The position numbers and the translations under genes are program-made. From positions 23,190,001-23,254,000 of the forward strand of contig CM075989.1 of assembly GCA_038087875.1 (NCBI GenBank): 64,000 bases of DNA, in the 5' to 3' direction. This document shows, in pieces, positions 61,191-64,000 of the stretch. The number at the start of each line of letters is the position of its first letter. The stretch's first letter is position 1. The notes under the pieces were generated by a model. It saw only the letters and a list, made by a program, of their open reading frames with translations, was not told the origin of the DNA and made no database searches. Source of the stretch: Malacoraja senta. Its lineage: Eukaryota.

Positions 61191-64000
61191 CTGCTGTTGT
61201 CCCGCCCCCTGGTGCCGTTGACCCGCCTTCTCCCACAGTGCCCGCCCATTTGCCCTTTCCCCTGTCAATCAATGCACATCACGTGGGCCCTGACGGAATG
61301 GCGCCTCCATTCGGCCCTCGCCTCTGTTGCTAGCTCAGTTTGTGCTAGTTCAGGAATCTGCCCCAACACGAATTTTATGTTTAGTTTCGTTTAGTTGTTT
61401 AGTTTAGTTGTTTAGTTTAGTTTTAATTAGTTTAGTATAGATGTTTAGTTTAGATGTTTAGTTTAGATGTTTAGTTTATTTTATTTTGGTTCTTTAGTTT
61501 GATGTTTATTTTATTTTTTGTTTAGTAATTTAAATGAGTTTAGTTTAGTAGTTTAGTTTATTATCGTCATGTGTGCTGAGGTTCAGTGAAAAGCTTTGGC
61601 GACAGTGTGCAAACGGGCCCTTCGGCCCCTCGCCTCTGCTGCTAGTTCAGTTTGTGTTAGTTCAGAAATCTGCTCCACCACGCATTTTGTGTCCAGTTTA
61701 GTCATTTAGTTTGGTTTGGTTTAGTTCAGTTGTTGTGTGCTGTTTATGATTGTCATGTGTACTGAGGTACAGTGAAAAGCTTTTATGTTGGTGAATTACT
61801 CCAGCATGTTGTGTCTATATTTGTTATAAACCAACATCTGCAATTCTTCTTTAATTACATAAAGTACAGACTCTACAAGTCTGATCCAACACCTTTGGAA
61901 CTTTCAAATCCACTCCTCAGGATTATTGGATGGTTTGTATTAGTTTAGCTTAATTCATTGTCACGTGTATCGAGGTACAGTGAAAACTTTTTTTGTTGAG
62001 TGCTATCCCAATCAGCATAAAGACTGTACATGATTACAATCGAGTCGTCTACAGTGTGCAGATGAAGGATAAAGGGAATAATGTTTAGTGCAAGGTAAAG
62101 GCCGATTAAAGATAGTCACTTGCTCGCACTTGGCCCATATCCCTCTAAATCCATCGTATCCAAGTACTTGTCCAAATATCTCTTAAACGTTGTGATAGAA
62201 CTTTATTTAAAGTGCCAATGGATGCAATGGTTTGTGTCTCATCTTCAACGAGGCACAGCATAGAAACAGGTCCTTCGGCCCACCGAGTCTGCGCTGCCCA
62301 GCAATCACCTGATTACTAGTTCTATTCTACACAGTTAAAAATATAAAAACAAACATACAATATAGTGCAAAGACAAAAACATTGCCCCACAACTCTTCAC
62401 GTTGTATATTGATGATTTGGATGAGGCTTTGTGGCCAAGTTCGTGGATGATATGAAAATAGGTAGAAGAGCAGGTAATGTAGAGAAAACAGGGACTCTGG
62501 AGAATGACAGGTTGGGAGAGTGGGCAGAGAAATGGCAGATGGAATATAGTGTAGCAAAGTGTGGAGTCATGCATTTTGGTAGTAGGAATAAAGGCGTAGA
62601 TTATTTTCTAAATGGGGAAAGAATCCAAAAATCGGAGGTGCAAAGGGACTTGGGTGTGCTGATGCAGGATTCCCAAATGTTAATCTGCAAGTCAAATCGG
62701 TAGTAAAGAAAGCAAACTCAATGGTAGCATTTATTTCAAGAGGGCTTGTAGACAAAAACCGGGATGTAATGCAGAGGCTCTAGAAGGCGTTGGTAAGGCC
62801 GCATTTGGAATATTGTGAGCAATTTTGGGCACCATATCTGAGGAAGGATGTGCTGAAGGGCCTGTTCTGAACTGTATCTCTAAAATCTAAGAGTTTAAAA
62901 AAAAAAGTAGATCTTGCAGGGACAATTATCACAGAAGCCAATTAACCTACAAAACCTGCACGTCTTTGGGATGTGGGAGGAAACCGGAGCACCCAGAGGA
63001 AACCCACGTGGTCACAGGGAGAACGTGCAACTCCGCACAAATATCACCCGTAGTCAGCAACTCTACCACTGTTCCCCCCCCCCCCATATAATTATGCTTG
63101 TGATGAAAATGTACAAAGCGCAATTACACAAATGAAATAGGTCTTCGACACTCTGATATTGAATGCAAACACACAAATTAGATAAGAGCGCATTTATTTT
63201 CTACTTTTTAATGAATCCATCAATTATGTGTTAAAAGTGTCCAGTGGAAGAAAGGTCCACAGGGTAACTGATTATCCACATATATTACTATAACTATATT
63301 TGCAGAGTCCCAATTATTGAATCGATTGGATCTTCTGTAGCTGAAAGCATACGAAATAGCCGGAGAGAACAAGCATGAAATTCATATATACCTGCTTCAT
63401 ACGCTTCCTCCACAACTCCCCACTGACTACAAAATAAAATACTGTGCTGCAATTGCCCAAATTAATTGACATGAGAATTGTTTGAGTTGAGCAAAGCACT
63501 GACACCAACTCATGAAATTTGTTCATCGATTCTTACAGCCTGAAAAAATATTTCCAGTCTACTGCACATCAGCAGAAGAGAACTCTCTGAAGTATCTTAA
63601 CCAGGAGTCTTATTAATTGTAGAATGATTAAAAACTTTCAAAGCAATGAAATGTGCTTGAAAATATATTCCCAAAATGCATAAAATTAAATTTTATTTCA
63701 GTTTAGAGATACAGAGCAGAAACAGGCCATTCGGCCCACCGAGTCGGCGCTGACCAGTGATGCCCGCACATTAACACTACCCTACACACACTTGGGACAA
63801 TTTTACAATTATACCAAGTCAATTAACCTACAAACCTGTACACCTTTGGTGTGTGGGAGGAAACCGAAGATCTTGGAGAAAACCCACGTGGTCACAGGGA
63901 GAACGTACAAACTCTGTACAGACAGCACCCGTAGTCAGGATCGAACCCGGATCTCTGGCGCTGCAAGAGCTGTAAGGCAGCAACTCCACTGCTGCACCAC

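Larger units (their letters stand above)
60500..61330 (-). promoter_or_regulatory. CpG island / promoter and 5' UTR of SERF2
   Basis: Very GC- and CpG-rich, multiple GGGCGG boxes, YY1-like CGCCATGGCG at about 60557-60566; spans exon 1. Confidence 0.8.

Noticed and set aside
60512..61394. Long Pro/Arg/Ala-rich ORFs (up to 273 aa) on both strands
   Set aside because: Stop-poor CpG island and minisatellite; only the 7-nt SERF2 start is supported.
61310..61700. Direct duplication of about 80 bp (61310-61390 vs 61621-61700)
   Set aside because: Adjacent to SINE tails and (TTTAG)n; likely a local repeat-mediated duplication with no evident function.
63175..63540. Possible terminal exon/3' UTR of an upstream minus-strand gene (acceptor at about 63540, AATAAA at about 63193)
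   Set aside because: No frame gave a protein I recognise; cannot be supported without transcript data.

Overview
Repeat-dense vertebrate genomic DNA, most likely from a cartilaginous fish such as a skate or ray. This is inferred from abundant HE1-type V-SINEs, CR1/L2/Rex1 LINEs and Penelope-derived elements. Two spliced genes lie tail-to-tail. (1) A RASEF/Rab45-family gene on + has 16 coding exons from 5396 to 44405, encoding a coiled coil, a Rab GTPase domain and a C-terminal CCKM. The EF-hand first exon was not found in the window. It is probably the RASEF paralog rather than the ortholog of human RASEF. (2) A complete 3-exon SERF2-like gene on - runs from 60798 to 52460 (68 aa) with a CpG island. 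The most unusual signal is three short TSD-flanked, (GAA)n-tailed retroposons from two sequence families (7843-8195, 20633-20799, 48101-48240). Each begins at its 5' end with a minimal HDV/CPEB3-like self-cleaving ribozyme fold, with covarying stems between the families. Also present: many hammerhead-motif Penelope pLTR palindromes, Harbinger and hAT MITEs, a Helitron-like element, a young L2 with a 506-aa RT ORF, and an old local inverted duplication. Most ORFs in the supplied track are repeat-derived or spurious. Repeat boundaries are approximate unless a TSD is quoted.
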